Shown here in pieces: positions 30,069 to 40,899 of a stretch of 64,000 nucleotides of DNA. Under the pieces are notes generated by a model. The model was given only the letters and a program-made list of their open reading frames with translations. It ran no database searches and was not told the origin of the DNA. The translations under genes were made by a program, and so were the position numbers. Origin of the DNA: Gammaproteobacteria bacterium (GTDB lineage: Bacteria > Pseudomonadota > Gammaproteobacteria > Eutrophobiales > Eutrophobiaceae); assembly GCA_965222155.1 (NCBI GenBank), contig CBDCTH010000012.1, positions 3,104,001 to 3,168,000 of the forward strand. Direction: 5' to 3'. The number at the start of each line of letters is the position of its first letter. Position 1 is the stretch's first letter.

Positions 30069-31337
30069 TTAATTGTATAAAAACCCTTCATAGACAAAGG
30101 CGCTGCTGATTTTTTCGCAGTCGGGTTCCGATACTCCGGCCTGGCGGGCTGTTTCGTGCCATGTACTCTTGATTTGTTTTTGCATGTCATCCAAGAGTCG
30201 TGCAGCGCCATCTTTTTCAAGCAGGAAACGGTTTGATTGAGACAGCAGGTTTGTCGCGTTGGCGCGCCGGCCGGCATCCCCGCAAATTAATGCCAGGTCG
30301 CGTCGTTCTATACTGACCGGCGTGAATGGAGTCAGATCATAAGCAGGAGACAGTTGCCAGTCATATTCTGCGGCGATAACGGCGTGATTACGTGGATGAT
30401 CATCAATATTGGAGATTAATGCATTAAAACACATACGCCGAAACAATTCTTCGGCATCCTCTCTGGGCGTTGCAGACAATCGGCGTAACTCTTCTGCCAA
30501 CACAGGGTATGACCACTTGCCACGGGAGGTGTGAGTATCTTCAGCGCGCAGCAAGGTCAAGGCGCTGAGCATGCGGGCGCGAGTATAGCCTTTCCCGGTT
30601 TTCTCCCGGTCGAAACGTTTGACGAGCAACACATCCTGTTTTCCAACTTGAACAACAGTACTTGAGGCTGTCGTCAAGCCACAGGCCCGGGCAAGCATCA
30701 GCATGGCATGTTCCACCCGCGCATTGTTCCATTTATCATCATCACGATTAAACTTTGCGATCCATAATCCATCATTATCTTCGACAACGGTCTTGGGTCG
30801 CGCCCCTCCCATGGAGGTGCCGATCAACATCAGGTTATAGACCTGTTCCTTATTTGGCTCATCAGGGAGTGGTTCACCATTTATAACGGCCATAGCGATT
30901 TTTTGCAGGTGCGCCAGGTCAATTGTTTGATTAAACTCAGGCGCTATAGCTGGTGGAGTCAGCTTCAAGCCAAAACTCAGGGCGCCCGCTCGATCATCCG
31001 GCGCATGGAGTAAATAGTCCATTTCACTCAATTCCGGTTTTCCCGCCTGCCGTTCGAGCACCTGCCGTCCCCAGTGACCCGGACCGGCGTCCTGAAATGC
31101 GCCAAACACGCCTTTTAATGCGCGTGTTTCATAGACACGCTCAGACAGTTTCAACTCGACAGGGTCAATCGGCACCTTGTCCGGTCGGGCCAGGTAGCTT
31201 CTGCCGTACACAAACAACCCGCCAGGCAAACCCGATTTATCAGGTTGGACGACGAATTTACCCGCAGTAACGGGTATTGTCTCGCCTGGCAAGGTGATAT
31301 AGACAAAACACTCGGTTTGATTGAATTCAGAAATCAT
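30069..31337 (-). CDS. hipA: HipA-family Ser/Thr kinase toxin
   Basis: GTSMGGARPK, WIAKF, LLVKRFDR, NIDDHPRNH, LSPAYDL. Confidence 0.9.
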   Translation of the reverse strand: MISEFNQTECFVYITLPGETIPVTAGKFVVQPDKSGLPGGLFVYGRSYLARPDKVPIDPVELKLSERVYETRALKGVFGAFQDAGPGHWGRQVLERQAGKPELSEMDYLLHAPDDRAGALSFGLKLTPPAIAPEFNQTIDLAHLQKIAMAVINGEPLPDEPNKEQVYNLMLIGTSMGGARPKTVVEDNDGLWIAKFNRDDDKWNNARVEHAMLMLARACGLTTASSTVVQVGKQDVLLVKRFDREKTGKGYTRARMLSALTLLRAEDTHTSRGKWSYPVLAEELRRLSATPREDAEELFRRMCFNALISNIDDHPRNHAVIAAEYDWQLSPAYDLTPFTPVSIERRDLALICGDAGRRANATNLLSQSNRFLLEKDGAARLLDDMQKQIKSTWHETARQAGVSEPDCEKISSAFVYEGFLYN

Positions 31338-31668
31338 TATCCAGTTTATTTATATTGCGTGCACGATGTCGCTCGTTTCCGCTCAGGTAGGCAAGGCCCG
31401 TATCGTCTTTGTTGGGGTCTGCCAACTCCACTGCAGGGTCCAACAGGTCATAAGCCCACAGCAGAGCGATATAGACGCCGATCCCAGTTGATATCCTGCC
31501 TTGTTCCGCGGCGCGTATTGCGCGCGTCCCTGCGCCGATTTTCTCCGCCACCTGCTCAATGCTCAGGTTACGTCGCAAACGCGCGGTACGCAGGTTGGCG
31601 CCAATCCGTTTGATGGTTTGCTCGACCGGATAAGGCGGGGCTGCTGTGAGGGCATTTCGTGCTGACAT
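31327..31668 (-). CDS. XRE-family HTH antitoxin (HipB-like)
   Basis: IGANLRTARLRRNLSIEQVAEKIG; overlaps the hipA start. Confidence 0.85.
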   Translation of the reverse strand: MSARNALTAAPPYPVEQTIKRIGANLRTARLRRNLSIEQVAEKIGAGTRAIRAAEQGRISTGIGVYIALLWAYDLLDPAVELADPNKDDTGLAYLSGNERHRARNINKLDNDF

Positions 31669-31698
31669 AGTATCTTAAGAGCATGTTATATGATTTAA

Positions 31699-31716
31699 TA
31701 TGCTTTTGAAAGCATA
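31699..31716. promoter_or_regulatory. Putative hipBA operator
   Basis: Palindrome TATGCTTT-tg-AAAGCATA ~30 bp upstream of the antitoxin start. Confidence 0.55.
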
Positions 31717-31845
31717 ATAGAATTTTTCTGAGACTACAAGGAAAATATATTGTGAAAATAATGGAAATTTTTCCTGAAATACAACTCCTGCTCGTATCGG
31801 GTTAAAATTAGCCCCGCTGTTCCAAGTCCTATATAATCCGTGTCC

Positions 31846-32526
31846 ATGTCCGATTATATCATCGCGCCTTCGATACTGTCAGCCGATATGGCCCGGCTGG
31901 GCCAGGAGGTGGAAGCAGTCCTCGCGGCCGGTGCCGATTACATCCACGTGGATGTGATGGATAACCACTACGTGCCCAACCTGACTTTCGGCCCGGTTAT
32001 GGTCCGAGCCCTGCGGGATTACGGGGTAACTGCGCCGCTGGACGTGCACCTGATGATCGAGCCGGTGGACCGGATCATCCCGGACTTTGCCGCGGCCGGC
32101 GCCGACATCATCACGTTTCACCCGGAGGCGAGTCGGCACGTTGACCGGACCCTGCAACTGATAACGGATAATGGTTGCCGCTGCGGCCTGGTGTTCAATC
32201 CGGCAACACCGCTGGACCATCTCCACTACGTCGTCGACAGGATTGATATGGTATTGATCATGTCCGTCAATCCCGGCTTCGGCGGACAGAGTTTTATCCC
32301 TGCTGCCCTGGAAAAGTTACACGCGGCGAGACAGATCATTGACGCATCCGGCAGGGATATCCGGCTGGAGATTGACGGCGGTGTAAAAGTGGAGAATATC
32401 GGCGAAATCGCCGCGGCCGGCGCCGATACGTTTGTGGCCGGGTCGGCGATCTTCGGGAACGGTGATTATGCCGGAGTCATCGAAGCGATGAGAAAAGCAT
32501 TAAAACAGGTTGTCCGGGAAGGTTGA
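31846..32526 (+). CDS. rpe: Ribulose-phosphate 3-epimerase
   Basis: [38 protein letters not shown]. Confidence 0.97.
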   Translation: MSDYIIAPSILSADMARLGQEVEAVLAAGADYIHVDVMDNHYVPNLTFGPVMVRALRDYGVTAPLDVHLMIEPVDRIIPDFAAAGADIITFHPEASRHVDRTLQLITDNGCRCGLVFNPATPLDHLHYVVDRIDMVLIMSVNPGFGGQSFIPAALEKLHAARQIIDASGRDIRLEIDGGVKVENIGEIAAAGADTFVAGSAIFGNGDYAGVIEAMRKALKQVVREG

Positions 32527-32562
32527 TACCCGGGATGACTTATTGGCGTATTGGGTAAACCC

Positions 32563-33150
32563 ATGTTATTGATGATCGATAATTACGATTCCTTTACCTA
32601 CAACCTGGTTCAGTACTTCGGCGAACTGGACCAGGAGGTAAGCGTTTACCGGAATGATCAGATCACCCTGGAGCAGATCTACAGGCTTGAACCGGCACAT
32701 ATCGTGATCTCGCCCGGACCCTGTACTCCGAGCGAAGCGGGTATATCGGTTGACGTAATTCATGAGTTCGTGGATAAAATTCCCATATTAGGGGTGTGTC
32801 TGGGACACCAGAGTATCGGCCAGGCTCTGGGGGGGCGCATTGTCCACGCCAACCGTATCATGCACGGCAAGACTTCCGATATTTATCATGAAGATTCGGA
32901 CGTCTTTACCGGTCTGGAAAGCCCATTTGTCGCAACCCGTTACCATTCCCTGGTGATTGAGCAGAAATCACTGCCAGACTGTCTGGAAATAACGGCCTGG
33001 ACCAGGACCGAAACCGGTGAGATTGATGAAATCATGGGGGTAAGGCATAAGGATTATCCCGTTTTCGGCGTACAATTCCATCCGGAGTCGATATTAACCA
33101 CTTTCGGTCATGACCTGCTCAGGAACTTCCTTCACATTAATTCCTATTGA
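32563..33150 (+). CDS. trpG: Anthranilate/aminodeoxychorismate synthase glutamine amidotransferase
   Basis: [24 protein letters not shown]; upstream of trpD. Confidence 0.92.
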   Translation: MLLMIDNYDSFTYNLVQYFGELDQEVSVYRNDQITLEQIYRLEPAHIVISPGPCTPSEAGISVDVIHEFVDKIPILGVCLGHQSIGQALGGRIVHANRIMHGKTSDIYHEDSDVFTGLESPFVATRYHSLVIEQKSLPDCLEITAWTRTETGEIDEIMGVRHKDYPVFGVQFHPESILTTFGHDLLRNFLHINSY

Positions 33151-34172
33151 TGAATGTCCAGTCTGCACTGAATGAAGTCATCAACGGTGGTGACTTGCCC
33201 AATGATGTCATGCGCGCCGTGATGCACGATATGATGTCGGGAAATATGACCGACGCGCAAATCGGCGGGTTCCTGGTAGCATTGCGGATAAAAGGCGAGA
33301 CCATCGAGGAAATCAGCGCGGCGGCTGCGGTCATGCGCGAATTTGCCGTTAGAGTAGACGTTGACGGCCCTCACCTGGTAGACGTAGTCGGCACGGGAGG
33401 GGATGGCGCGCATACCTTCAATATTTCCACCACGGCATCTTTTGTTGTCGCAGCCGCAGGGGGTAAAGTCGCTAAACACAATAATCGTTCCATTTCCGGC
33501 CTCTCCGGCAGCGCCGACGTGCTGGAACAGGCGGGCGTCAAACTGGGCCTGAAGCCGGAGCATGTGGCTGCGTGTATCAACCGGGTAGGTATAGGCTATA
33601 TGTTTGCTCCTGCCCACCATCCGGCAACGAGATATGCAGCAGGCCCGCGCCGGGAACTGGCTACCAGGAGCATATTCAACCTGCTGGGGCCGTTGACGAA
33701 CCCGGCGTACGTCAAACGCCAGTTGATCGGCGTCTACCAGCAGGACCTGCTGGATGTGTTTGCCCGGGTCATGCAACGGCTCGGCAGCGAACACTGCATG
33801 GTTGTGCGCTCGCAAGACGGCCTTGATGAAATAAGCAACTCGGCCGCAACTGATGTGGTCGAACTCAAGGACGAGCGGATCACTAAGTATCAGATCACGC
33901 CGCAACAATTCGGTTTCAAGCCCGGGGAGCTGTCCGAGTTGGTAATCGACAGCGCCGGACAAAGCTTCGACATCATGTTGGCGGTGCTCGAAAACAAACC
34001 GGGGCCGGCACTGGATATCGTCTTGCTTAATGCCGGCGCTACCCTATACGTAGCCGGACTGGCGCCGGATATGGAACAGGGGGTAGAACTTGCCAGACAC
34101 GCTATCGCCAGCGGCGAAGCAAAGAACAAATTGCAGGAGCTGGCTGCGCTGACAACCCGGTTGGCCGGCTGA
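33147..34172 (+). CDS. trpD: Anthranilate phosphoribosyltransferase
   Basis: [32 protein letters not shown]. Confidence 0.96.
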   Translation: MMNVQSALNEVINGGDLPNDVMRAVMHDMMSGNMTDAQIGGFLVALRIKGETIEEISAAAAVMREFAVRVDVDGPHLVDVVGTGGDGAHTFNISTTASFVVAAAGGKVAKHNNRSISGLSGSADVLEQAGVKLGLKPEHVAACINRVGIGYMFAPAHHPATRYAAGPRRELATRSIFNLLGPLTNPAYVKRQLIGVYQQDLLDVFARVMQRLGSEHCMVVRSQDGLDEISNSAATDVVELKDERITKYQITPQQFGFKPGELSELVIDSAGQSFDIMLAVLENKPGPALDIVLLNAGATLYVAGLAPDMEQGVELARHAIASGEAKNKLQELAALTTRLAG

Positions 34173-34237
34173 TTACTTATTGCTTTATAACAAGGGATAT
34201 TATAGTGAATACGGCTGGCATCCTGGCAACATTCTTC

Positions 34238-34262
34238 GGGGACAGATTTTAAATCTGTCCCC
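34238..34262. repeat. REP palindrome between duplicated trpC start regions
   Basis: GGGGACAGATTTTAAATCTGTCCCC. Confidence 0.85.
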
Positions 34263-34279
34263 TCTCAGGGATATTTATT

Positions 34280-35074
34280 GTGAATACGACTGACATCCTG
34301 GCAACCATACTGGAATACAAACGGGAATGGGTTGCTGCAAGAAAAGCAGTCGCGCCCCTGGCGCAACTGGAACAACAAGTCAGGGATGCCGCTCCATCAC
34401 CGGGGTTTTATCGGTCTGTCCGTAGCGCCATAGATAACGGCCGGCCCGCAGTCATTGCTGAAATCAAAAAGGCATCGCCCAGTAAGGGCATCATCCGCCG
34501 GGATTTTGATCCTGCCGGAATCGCTGAAGCGTATACGAGCGCCGGGGCTGTCTGCCTCTCCGTGTTGACCGATGAGAAATTTTTTCAGGGTTCCGACCGG
34601 CACCTGGAGCAGGTTAAGGCCGTGACCCGCCTGCCGCTGTTGCGCAAGGATTTCATCATCGATCCTTACCAGGTTTACGAGGCAAAAGCCATCGGCGCAG
34701 ATTGCATACTGTTGATAGTGGCGGCTCTGGATGACGTCCGCATGCAGGAGCTGGCCGCGACGGCTGCTGAAATCGGGCTCGATGTGCTGGTAGAAGTGCA
34801 CAATCGCGAAGAACTGGAACGCGGACTGCTGTTGCGTACTCCCTTGATAGGGATAAACAACCGTAATCTGCATACCTTTGAAACATCCCTGCAGACGACA
34901 TTGGGTCTGTTGCCGGACATTTTCCCGGACCGGACTGTTGTGACGGAAAGCGGCATACACAACCGCGCGGATATTGCACTCATGCGCAACCACGACGTGC
35001 ATGCTTTTCTGATAGGTGAAGCGTTACTGAGGGCTGACGCTCCCGGCGCAGAACTGCGTGCGCTAATCAGTTGA
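34280..35074 (+). CDS. trpC: Indole-3-glycerol phosphate synthase
   Basis: [34 protein letters not shown]. Confidence 0.96.
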   Translation: MNTTDILATILEYKREWVAARKAVAPLAQLEQQVRDAAPSPGFYRSVRSAIDNGRPAVIAEIKKASPSKGIIRRDFDPAGIAEAYTSAGAVCLSVLTDEKFFQGSDRHLEQVKAVTRLPLLRKDFIIDPYQVYEAKAIGADCILLIVAALDDVRMQELAATAAEIGLDVLVEVHNREELERGLLLRTPLIGINNRNLHTFETSLQTTLGLLPDIFPDRTVVTESGIHNRADIALMRNHDVHAFLIGEALLRADAPGAELRALIS

Positions 35075-35077
35075 GAG

Positions 35078-35470
35078 TCATTTATCCAGACCGAACAAGT
35101 CATCCAGTTCCTGCCGGGTCTGATCTGCCGGCGCATCTGCCCCGGCTGACCTGGCCGATGTGTCCAGACCGAACAAGGCATTCAGGTCTGATGCGGCCAC
35201 ATCGGCTTCCGAATGATCAGCAGGTTTCCATGCCTGCGGATTTAATTCAAGGTAATCACAAAAATTCGGTCTGTCCTTGTCTTTGACCTCGTCAGCGACA
35301 GGTTCACGGCATTGCTTTGCGACCCGGGGCTCATAGAACAGGCACATAAGACAAACGTGCAGTGCGGCATCACAGGCCTTGCAATGGGCGCTCCTGGACA
35401 AAGGCATGAGCAGGTAGTCCAGGCCGGCGCCGCATTTCCAGCATTTCAGGTCTTTCGGCTTGTTCTGCAT
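35078..35470 (-). CDS. Hypothetical Cys-rich (probable Zn-binding) protein
   Basis: CWKC...CKAC...HVCLMC..C...NFCDY. Confidence 0.75.
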   Translation of the reverse strand: MQNKPKDLKCWKCGAGLDYLLMPLSRSAHCKACDAALHVCLMCLFYEPRVAKQCREPVADEVKDKDRPNFCDYLELNPQAWKPADHSEADVAASDLNALFGLDTSARSAGADAPADQTRQELDDLFGLDK

Positions 35471-35526
35471 GTTCCTGTCAGGTCTGGCAAGGGCATTGAA
35501 AAATCTTCAGATCACCCATTCAGGCA

Positions 35527-36276
35527 TCAATTGAAGAATAGCAGTTTGATGATGATCAGCGCCAGCACGGTATTCAACACCAGCTTGATGATCCGCTCGC
35601 CCTGGGATACCTGGACCTGTGCGCTCAACCATGCCCCGATGGACGTACCGACAGCCAGACAGAGGCCCATAATCCAGAAAATTTCCACCTGCCAGGCAAA
35701 AACGATCAGGGCGGCCGTGGTATAGAACGTGATGATAAAGGACTTGTGCATATTCGCCCTGACCATGTCCAGTCCGAGTGTTTTATTCAGGATCGGCATG
35801 AACAGGAAACCGACTCCGACCTGGATGAAGCCGCCGTAAATTCCCAGGATTGCCATTAGTATATGGGCAAGCGCCAGGCGCGGTTTCTGCGGCGGCGCCC
35901 GGGTATAAGTCCCGGCCTGTTTTTGTGTCGCCATGACCAGCATCACGGCCAGCATGATGACTGCCAGGATACGGTTAAACCAGACGCCTTCGAGACTGGT
36001 CCCGAGATAAGCGCCGGCAATCGCACCGGGCAGTGCAGCCAGTGACAAGGTCAGGCTGAGTTTGAAATCGGAATACCCGTTCTTAAAAAATGCGATGACC
36101 GCCGTGGCCATCTGCGCCAGTATCGCAATGCGGTTGGTGCCGTTTGCTACCGGCGCCGGCACACCCATGAACAACATGATTGGAATAGTTAACAACGACC
36201 CGCCGCCGGCCATGACGTTGACAAAGCCGACAACGATCCCGACGAGCAACAGGATGATGTATTGCCATATCTCCAC
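35527..36276 (-). CDS. TauE/SafE sulfite exporter family membrane protein
   Basis: GFVNVMAGGGSLLTIP, ANGTNR, YGGFIQVGVG. Confidence 0.88.
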   Translation of the reverse strand: MEIWQYIILLLVGIVVGFVNVMAGGGSLLTIPIMLFMGVPAPVANGTNRIAILAQMATAVIAFFKNGYSDFKLSLTLSLAALPGAIAGAYLGTSLEGVWFNRILAVIMLAVMLVMATQKQAGTYTRAPPQKPRLALAHILMAILGIYGGFIQVGVGFLFMPILNKTLGLDMVRANMHKSFIITFYTTAALIVFAWQVEIFWIMGLCLAVGTSIGAWLSAQVQVSQGERIIKLVLNTVLALIIIKLLFFN

Positions 36277-36407
36277 TTATTTCAGCTCCCGATGATTTTG
36301 CCGACAGAAGGTTTTGGGGTCTGTTGTGGAGTGACTAACGCCAGAGCCTGTGCAGTTGTAAGCAGGGGGACGAGCGCGGGACGGGCCAGGGCCTGCCCCG
36401 GCAGCCG

Positions 36408-37043
36408 TCATTCCCCATAGGTTTTGAATTTATCCAGGTTGACGTTCATTTCTGCCTCATCCAGCAGCACGGGTGGTCCGTACATGCGGCTGAACAGGTA
36501 TTGTCTGGCCAGTTCCTCTACGAGTTGCGCCATTTTGAAGGCGGCGTCCACGTCCTTGCCCAGCGCAATCACCCCGTGATTAGCGAGCAGGCAGGCCTGG
36601 CGGCCCGCTAATGCCGCCAGGGCGTGGTCGGATAATTCCTGGGTACCGTAAGTAGCGTACTCGGCGCAGCGAATGGAAGAACCGCCTACACCGGCGACCA
36701 TGTAGTGAAACGCGGGCAGGTCCTGGCGGGTACAGGCCAACGCGGTGGCGCAGGGTGAATGGGTATGGACAATGGCATCTATATCCGTCCGTTGTGCATA
36801 GATATCCTGATGAAAGCGCCATTCACTCGATGGTTTCAGATCACCCACAGCCCGGTTGCCGTGCAAGTCCATGCTGACGATATGCGCAGGCGTTAACAAC
36901 TCATAACCCACCCCGGTAGGCGTAATCAGGTAGCCTTGATCAGTCCTGGCGCTGAGGTTGCCGGCCGTGCCTGTGCCGAGCTGATTTTTTTGCAAAGACC
37001 GGGCAGCGGCTATCAGGGCTTCGCGTAAACTTGAATGATCCAT
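36408..37043 (-). CDS. Class II aldolase/adducin family protein (FucA-like)
   Basis: GTAGNLSAR, PSSEWRFH, VHTHS, LLANHG. Confidence 0.88.
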   Translation of the reverse strand: MDHSSLREALIAAARSLQKNQLGTGTAGNLSARTDQGYLITPTGVGYELLTPAHIVSMDLHGNRAVGDLKPSSEWRFHQDIYAQRTDIDAIVHTHSPCATALACTRQDLPAFHYMVAGVGGSSIRCAEYATYGTQELSDHALAALAGRQACLLANHGVIALGKDVDAAFKMAQLVEELARQYLFSRMYGPPVLLDEAEMNVNLDKFKTYGE

Positions 37044-37125
37044 GAGCGAATAATATATTATCCTGGTCAAAGTTTCCCTTTAACTCATTAATCGAAACCG
37101 CGTATGATAGGACGGTGGTGATGAC

Positions 37126-37902
37126 GTGAATAACATGATTCGGCAGTTCAGCGCATTTCTCCTGTGTTTTTGTCTGGCCGCCAGTGCATGTCCTGACGAC
37201 TTGTTACAGCCCTTTTCCGCGCACCGGGTGGTTGACCTGACCCATGCCTTGCACAAGGATATGCCGTTCTGGCCGGGAACCGCGCCGTTCGTGATCGAGC
37301 GGCTGGCTGATTATGACAAGGGCTATCGTATGCACCGGTTTTCGCTCTGGGAAAATATCGGGACCCACGTTGATGCGCCTGCGCATTTTATCGAAGGAAA
37401 ACAATCCGTTAATGAACTGGACCTGAATGACCTGGTCGCACCCGTTGTAGTCATCAAGGTACAGGACAAGGTCGCACGGGAGCCTGACTATCAATTATCC
37501 GTTGAGGACATACTATTGTGGGAGCAACGGAACGGCCGTATTCAACCTGGCAGCCTGGTAGTCATGAACACGGGATGGTATAAAAAGTTTCATGAACCGC
37601 AAGCCTATGTCAACCAGGATGAGGCAGGCGTGCTGCATTTCCCCGGGTTTTCCGTTGCCACCGCGCGGTTACTTGTGGAACGGGACGTTGCCGGGATAGG
37701 CATCGATACCCTGAGCCTGGACCCGGGTAACGATTTAAGCTTTCCCGTGCACAAGATCATGCTGGGGGCAGGTAAATACCAGGTCGAAAACATGAATAAC
37801 CTGGATGCCTTGCCCGTTAAGGGCGCGGTTGCCGTTATCGGCGTGCTGCCGGTAACAGACGCTTCCCAGGCGCAGGCGAGAATATTTGCGTTTATGGAAT
37901 GA
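37126..37902 (+). CDS. Cyclase / kynurenine formamidase-like metal hydrolase with signal peptide
   Basis: GTHVDAPAHF, GIGIDTLSLD. Confidence 0.85.
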   Translation: MNNMIRQFSAFLLCFCLAASACPDDLLQPFSAHRVVDLTHALHKDMPFWPGTAPFVIERLADYDKGYRMHRFSLWENIGTHVDAPAHFIEGKQSVNELDLNDLVAPVVVIKVQDKVAREPDYQLSVEDILLWEQRNGRIQPGSLVVMNTGWYKKFHEPQAYVNQDEAGVLHFPGFSVATARLLVERDVAGIGIDTLSLDPGNDLSFPVHKIMLGAGKYQVENMNNLDALPVKGAVAVIGVLPVTDASQAQARIFAFME

Positions 37903-37903
37903 G

Positions 37904-38824
37904 ATGGCGCCTCAATTACAAAAGCGCAAACAGGGAACGGCTACAAGCGCATTCGGAACACCTGGAAGAATCAGCCATGATTCCTCAAAATTTTACAGTG
38001 CCAGGCTTTATGAAGGATTGGATAGCGGGGGAAAAGTAAACTATGTTGAGAATAGTATTCCTCAGGGGTATTTGAACAGAATCTTCTGTAAATCAAGTGA
38101 GGTGATGGACGAACTGCCTGATAACAGCGTTCACCTGATGATAACATCTCCACCATATAACGTTTCAAAAGAGTACGATGAGGATTTAAGTCTTGATGAG
38201 TATCTGGCATTGCTCAATGCCGTTTGGCAGGAGACCTATCGGGTACTGGTTCCCGGCGGTCGGGCCTGTGTTAACGTGGCGAATCTTGGACGCAAGCCGT
38301 ATATCCCGTTACACAGTTATATCATTGAAGGAATGCAGAACATCGGTTTTCTGATGCGCGGGGAAATTCTCTGGAATAAGGGTTCCAGTGCCAGTCCGTC
38401 CACTGCCTGGGGCAGTTGGAAGTCCGCAGCAAACCCGGTGTTGAGAGATGTTCACGAGTACATCCTAGTCTTTTCCAAGGATTCATTTTCAAGAAAAAAG
38501 GGAGATAAAGAAAATACAATCGAGAAGGAGGGGTTTCTCGAATGGACCAAGAGCGTTTGGGACTTCCCGGCGGTATCGGCAAAAAAAATCGGCCATCCGG
38601 CGCCGTTCCCGGAAGAATTACCGCACCGGTTGATTCAGTTATACTCGTTCAAGGATGATGTAATTCTTGACCCGTTTGCCGGCAGCGGGACTGTATGCCT
38701 GTCTGCTTTAAAGGATAAAAGGAATTACGTGGCCTATGACATCGATCCGGCATATATCAAACTGGCTGAAACAAGAATTTCCGCTTACAGGGACCAGTTT
38801 GATCTCTTTGCTGGTAGAAAATAA
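37904..38824 (+). CDS. Beta-class N4-cytosine/N6-adenine DNA methyltransferase (no adjacent endonuclease)
   Basis: TSPPYN motif IV before HPAPFP and LDPFAGSGT motif I. Confidence 0.9.
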   Translation: MAPQLQKRKQGTATSAFGTPGRISHDSSKFYSARLYEGLDSGGKVNYVENSIPQGYLNRIFCKSSEVMDELPDNSVHLMITSPPYNVSKEYDEDLSLDEYLALLNAVWQETYRVLVPGGRACVNVANLGRKPYIPLHSYIIEGMQNIGFLMRGEILWNKGSSASPSTAWGSWKSAANPVLRDVHEYILVFSKDSFSRKKGDKENTIEKEGFLEWTKSVWDFPAVSAKKIGHPAPFPEELPHRLIQLYSFKDDVILDPFAGSGTVCLSALKDKRNYVAYDIDPAYIKLAETRISAYRDQFDLFAGRK

Positions 38825-38880
38825 TAAGGAACTATTTTCACAAGTGTCCAGGTTCAGAAGCATGCGAAACTGTTCATTGT

Positions 38881-39171
38881 CTAGCCGGCTTTTTTAAGCG
38901 GCAGGATTTTTTCGTGAGTTTGCATCGAATGCCACAGATCCCGGTTTTTCTGCAGGTTTAACCAGAAATCTGCCCCGGTATTTAATGCTTCACCGAATGC
39001 CAGCGCAGAATCGGCAGAAACGCCTCTTTTGCCGTTAATGATCTCATTGAGCCGTGCATAGGTCCAGCCAAGGTGAACCGCAAATTCCTTCTGGCTGACA
39101 CCAAGAGGTTTCAAAAACTCTTCCAGGAGCATTTCTCCGGGATGTGTCGGAGGTCTGTTTTTGGGCAGCAT
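38881..39171 (-). CDS. higA: HigA-family antitoxin
   Basis: PTHPGEMLLEEFLKPLG...RLNEIINGKRG...FWLNLQ. Confidence 0.92.
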   Translation of the reverse strand: MLPKNRPPTHPGEMLLEEFLKPLGVSQKEFAVHLGWTYARLNEIINGKRGVSADSALAFGEALNTGADFWLNLQKNRDLWHSMQTHEKILPLKKAG

Positions 39172-39188
39172 TTTTTATCTCAAAATAG

Positions 39189-39315
39189 CTATTTGTGGTA
39201 GTCGGTTATTCCGATGGCATTTTCGGTGTAACTCGACCGGTATCTTGCGGGAATAACGACTATCTACTCCATCATAGATATCTTTTGTTATCCTGTCCCT
39301 TATATTCCTTATCAT
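39189..39315 (-). pseudogene. higB: HigB toxin with large internal deletion
   Basis: MIRNIRDRITKDIYDG..SR..P..LHRK fused out of frame to GITDYHK*; palindrome ATATCGA-ata-TCGATAT at 39325-39341. Confidence 0.75.
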
Positions 39316-39427
39316 TGATTGAACATATCGAATATCGATATATAAGTCAAATAAATATTAATGTCGCATAATCTGGTTAGTAGGGTAATCTTAACGCATC
39401 ATAAGCGTGTCAAGATTCAGTTCGGTT

Positions 39428-40474
39428 TTATGCGTGTCGCGCCAGGGCCCAGTCCACATGTTCGCGCACCAGGGCGGAGGGATGGTCCTTGCGTGTGTTC
39501 AGGGCATTGATGACCGGGGTTGATGTGGGGGCATTGCCCAGGGCGACGGCAAGATTCCTTAACCAGCATTCGTAACCGATGCGCCTGATGGCGCTGCCTT
39601 CCGTTTTTTTATCAAATTCGGTTTCACTCCAGAGAAAGCATTCGACTAATGTCACCGTATCCAGCTGGTGGCGCGGCAGGTAGTCCGGCTCAGTAGAGTA
39701 TTGTGCGAAGCTGTTCCAGGGGCACACCAGTTGACAGTCATCACAACCGTAGATACGGTTGCCGATACTGGTGCGGAATTCCTCGGGAATAACGCCGCGG
39801 TATTCAATAGTCAGGTAGGATATGCAGCGCCGGGCATCGACCTGATAGGGCGCGACTATGGCCCGGGTCGGGCAGATGTCGATACAGGCCTGACAGGTAC
39901 CGCAGTGTTCCCCGGCAAACTTTGTATCTGTAGGCAGGGGCAGGTCGGTGTATATTTCTCCGATGAAAAACCATGAACCGGCATCGGGATGCAGCAGGTT
40001 ACTGTGCTTCCCGATCCAGCCGAGCCCGGCGTTACGCGCCAGCGCCTTTTCCAATACCGGCGCCGTGTCGCTGAAGACCCGATAGCCGAAGGGACCAATC
40101 GCCGCTTCAACCCGGCGCGCCAGCTTTTTCAACCGGGAACGCATTACCTTGTGGTAATCCCGGCCCAGCGCATAGCGGGATATGTAGGCCAGTTCCTGGT
40201 TGTCCAGCACTGACTGGGCAGGTTTGGCCCGGGGGGGCAAATAATCCATTCGCGCCGAAATGACCCGTAGGGTACCCGGTCGCAGCCGGGCAGGCCGTGA
40301 ACGTTTATCGCCGTGGCGCTCCATGTAGGTCATCTCCCCGTGCATTCCCCGGTCGAGCCAGTCAAGCAGGTGGTGTTCGTCTTCTGTGAGGTCGATGCCA
40401 GTGATGCCGACCTGTTGGAAGCCGATTTCAATCCCCCAGGTCTTTATCTCGGTTGCAAGGGTTTCAGGTTCCAT
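39428..40474 (-). CDS. queG: Epoxyqueuosine reductase
   Basis: SRYALGRDYH, CGTCQACIDICPT, CISYLTIE, GCDDCQLVCPWN. Confidence 0.95.
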   Translation of the reverse strand: MEPETLATEIKTWGIEIGFQQVGITGIDLTEDEHHLLDWLDRGMHGEMTYMERHGDKRSRPARLRPGTLRVISARMDYLPPRAKPAQSVLDNQELAYISRYALGRDYHKVMRSRLKKLARRVEAAIGPFGYRVFSDTAPVLEKALARNAGLGWIGKHSNLLHPDAGSWFFIGEIYTDLPLPTDTKFAGEHCGTCQACIDICPTRAIVAPYQVDARRCISYLTIEYRGVIPEEFRTSIGNRIYGCDDCQLVCPWNSFAQYSTEPDYLPRHQLDTVTLVECFLWSETEFDKKTEGSAIRRIGYECWLRNLAVALGNAPTSTPVINALNTRKDHPSALVREHVDWALARHA

Positions 40475-40543
40475 TAGTGGTCCCGACGCGGTAACGGATT
40501 GTGTCGCGGCAGAAAGAGTTTTTCATCGTTAAGGATACAATAG

Positions 40544-40749
40544 CAGGGCAAACGCATACTTTTGAATTCAGATGTTTTTGCCCGATTCTGTCATTCTGGC
40601 GCAGGCCGGAATCCAGTGAATAACCCTTCATTACCCTGAGCCTGCGCTGTTGTTTGACTGGATGCTGGCATTCGCCAGCATGACGGGCGGTGTTTTCCGG
40701 TTGGTTTCCTGTCTTCTGCAACAGAATCCAAAAGTATGCGGTTGCCCTG
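40544..40749 (+). mobile_element. MITE A copy 3 (206 bp)
   Basis: Same TIRs; 10-bp TSD GATACAATAG. Confidence 0.95.
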
Positions 40750-40899
40750 GATACAATAGGAAAAACTGTCATACCCGGCTGGTTTATTACCTTGTTTGAC
40801 GTTATCATGTGAGTGTGGCCAGGGCAACAGGATACACGGGATTACCGGTGTCTGTCTGCTGAGCGGCTGTATGCGGTTGCCCGCGACAGAGGTAAACAC

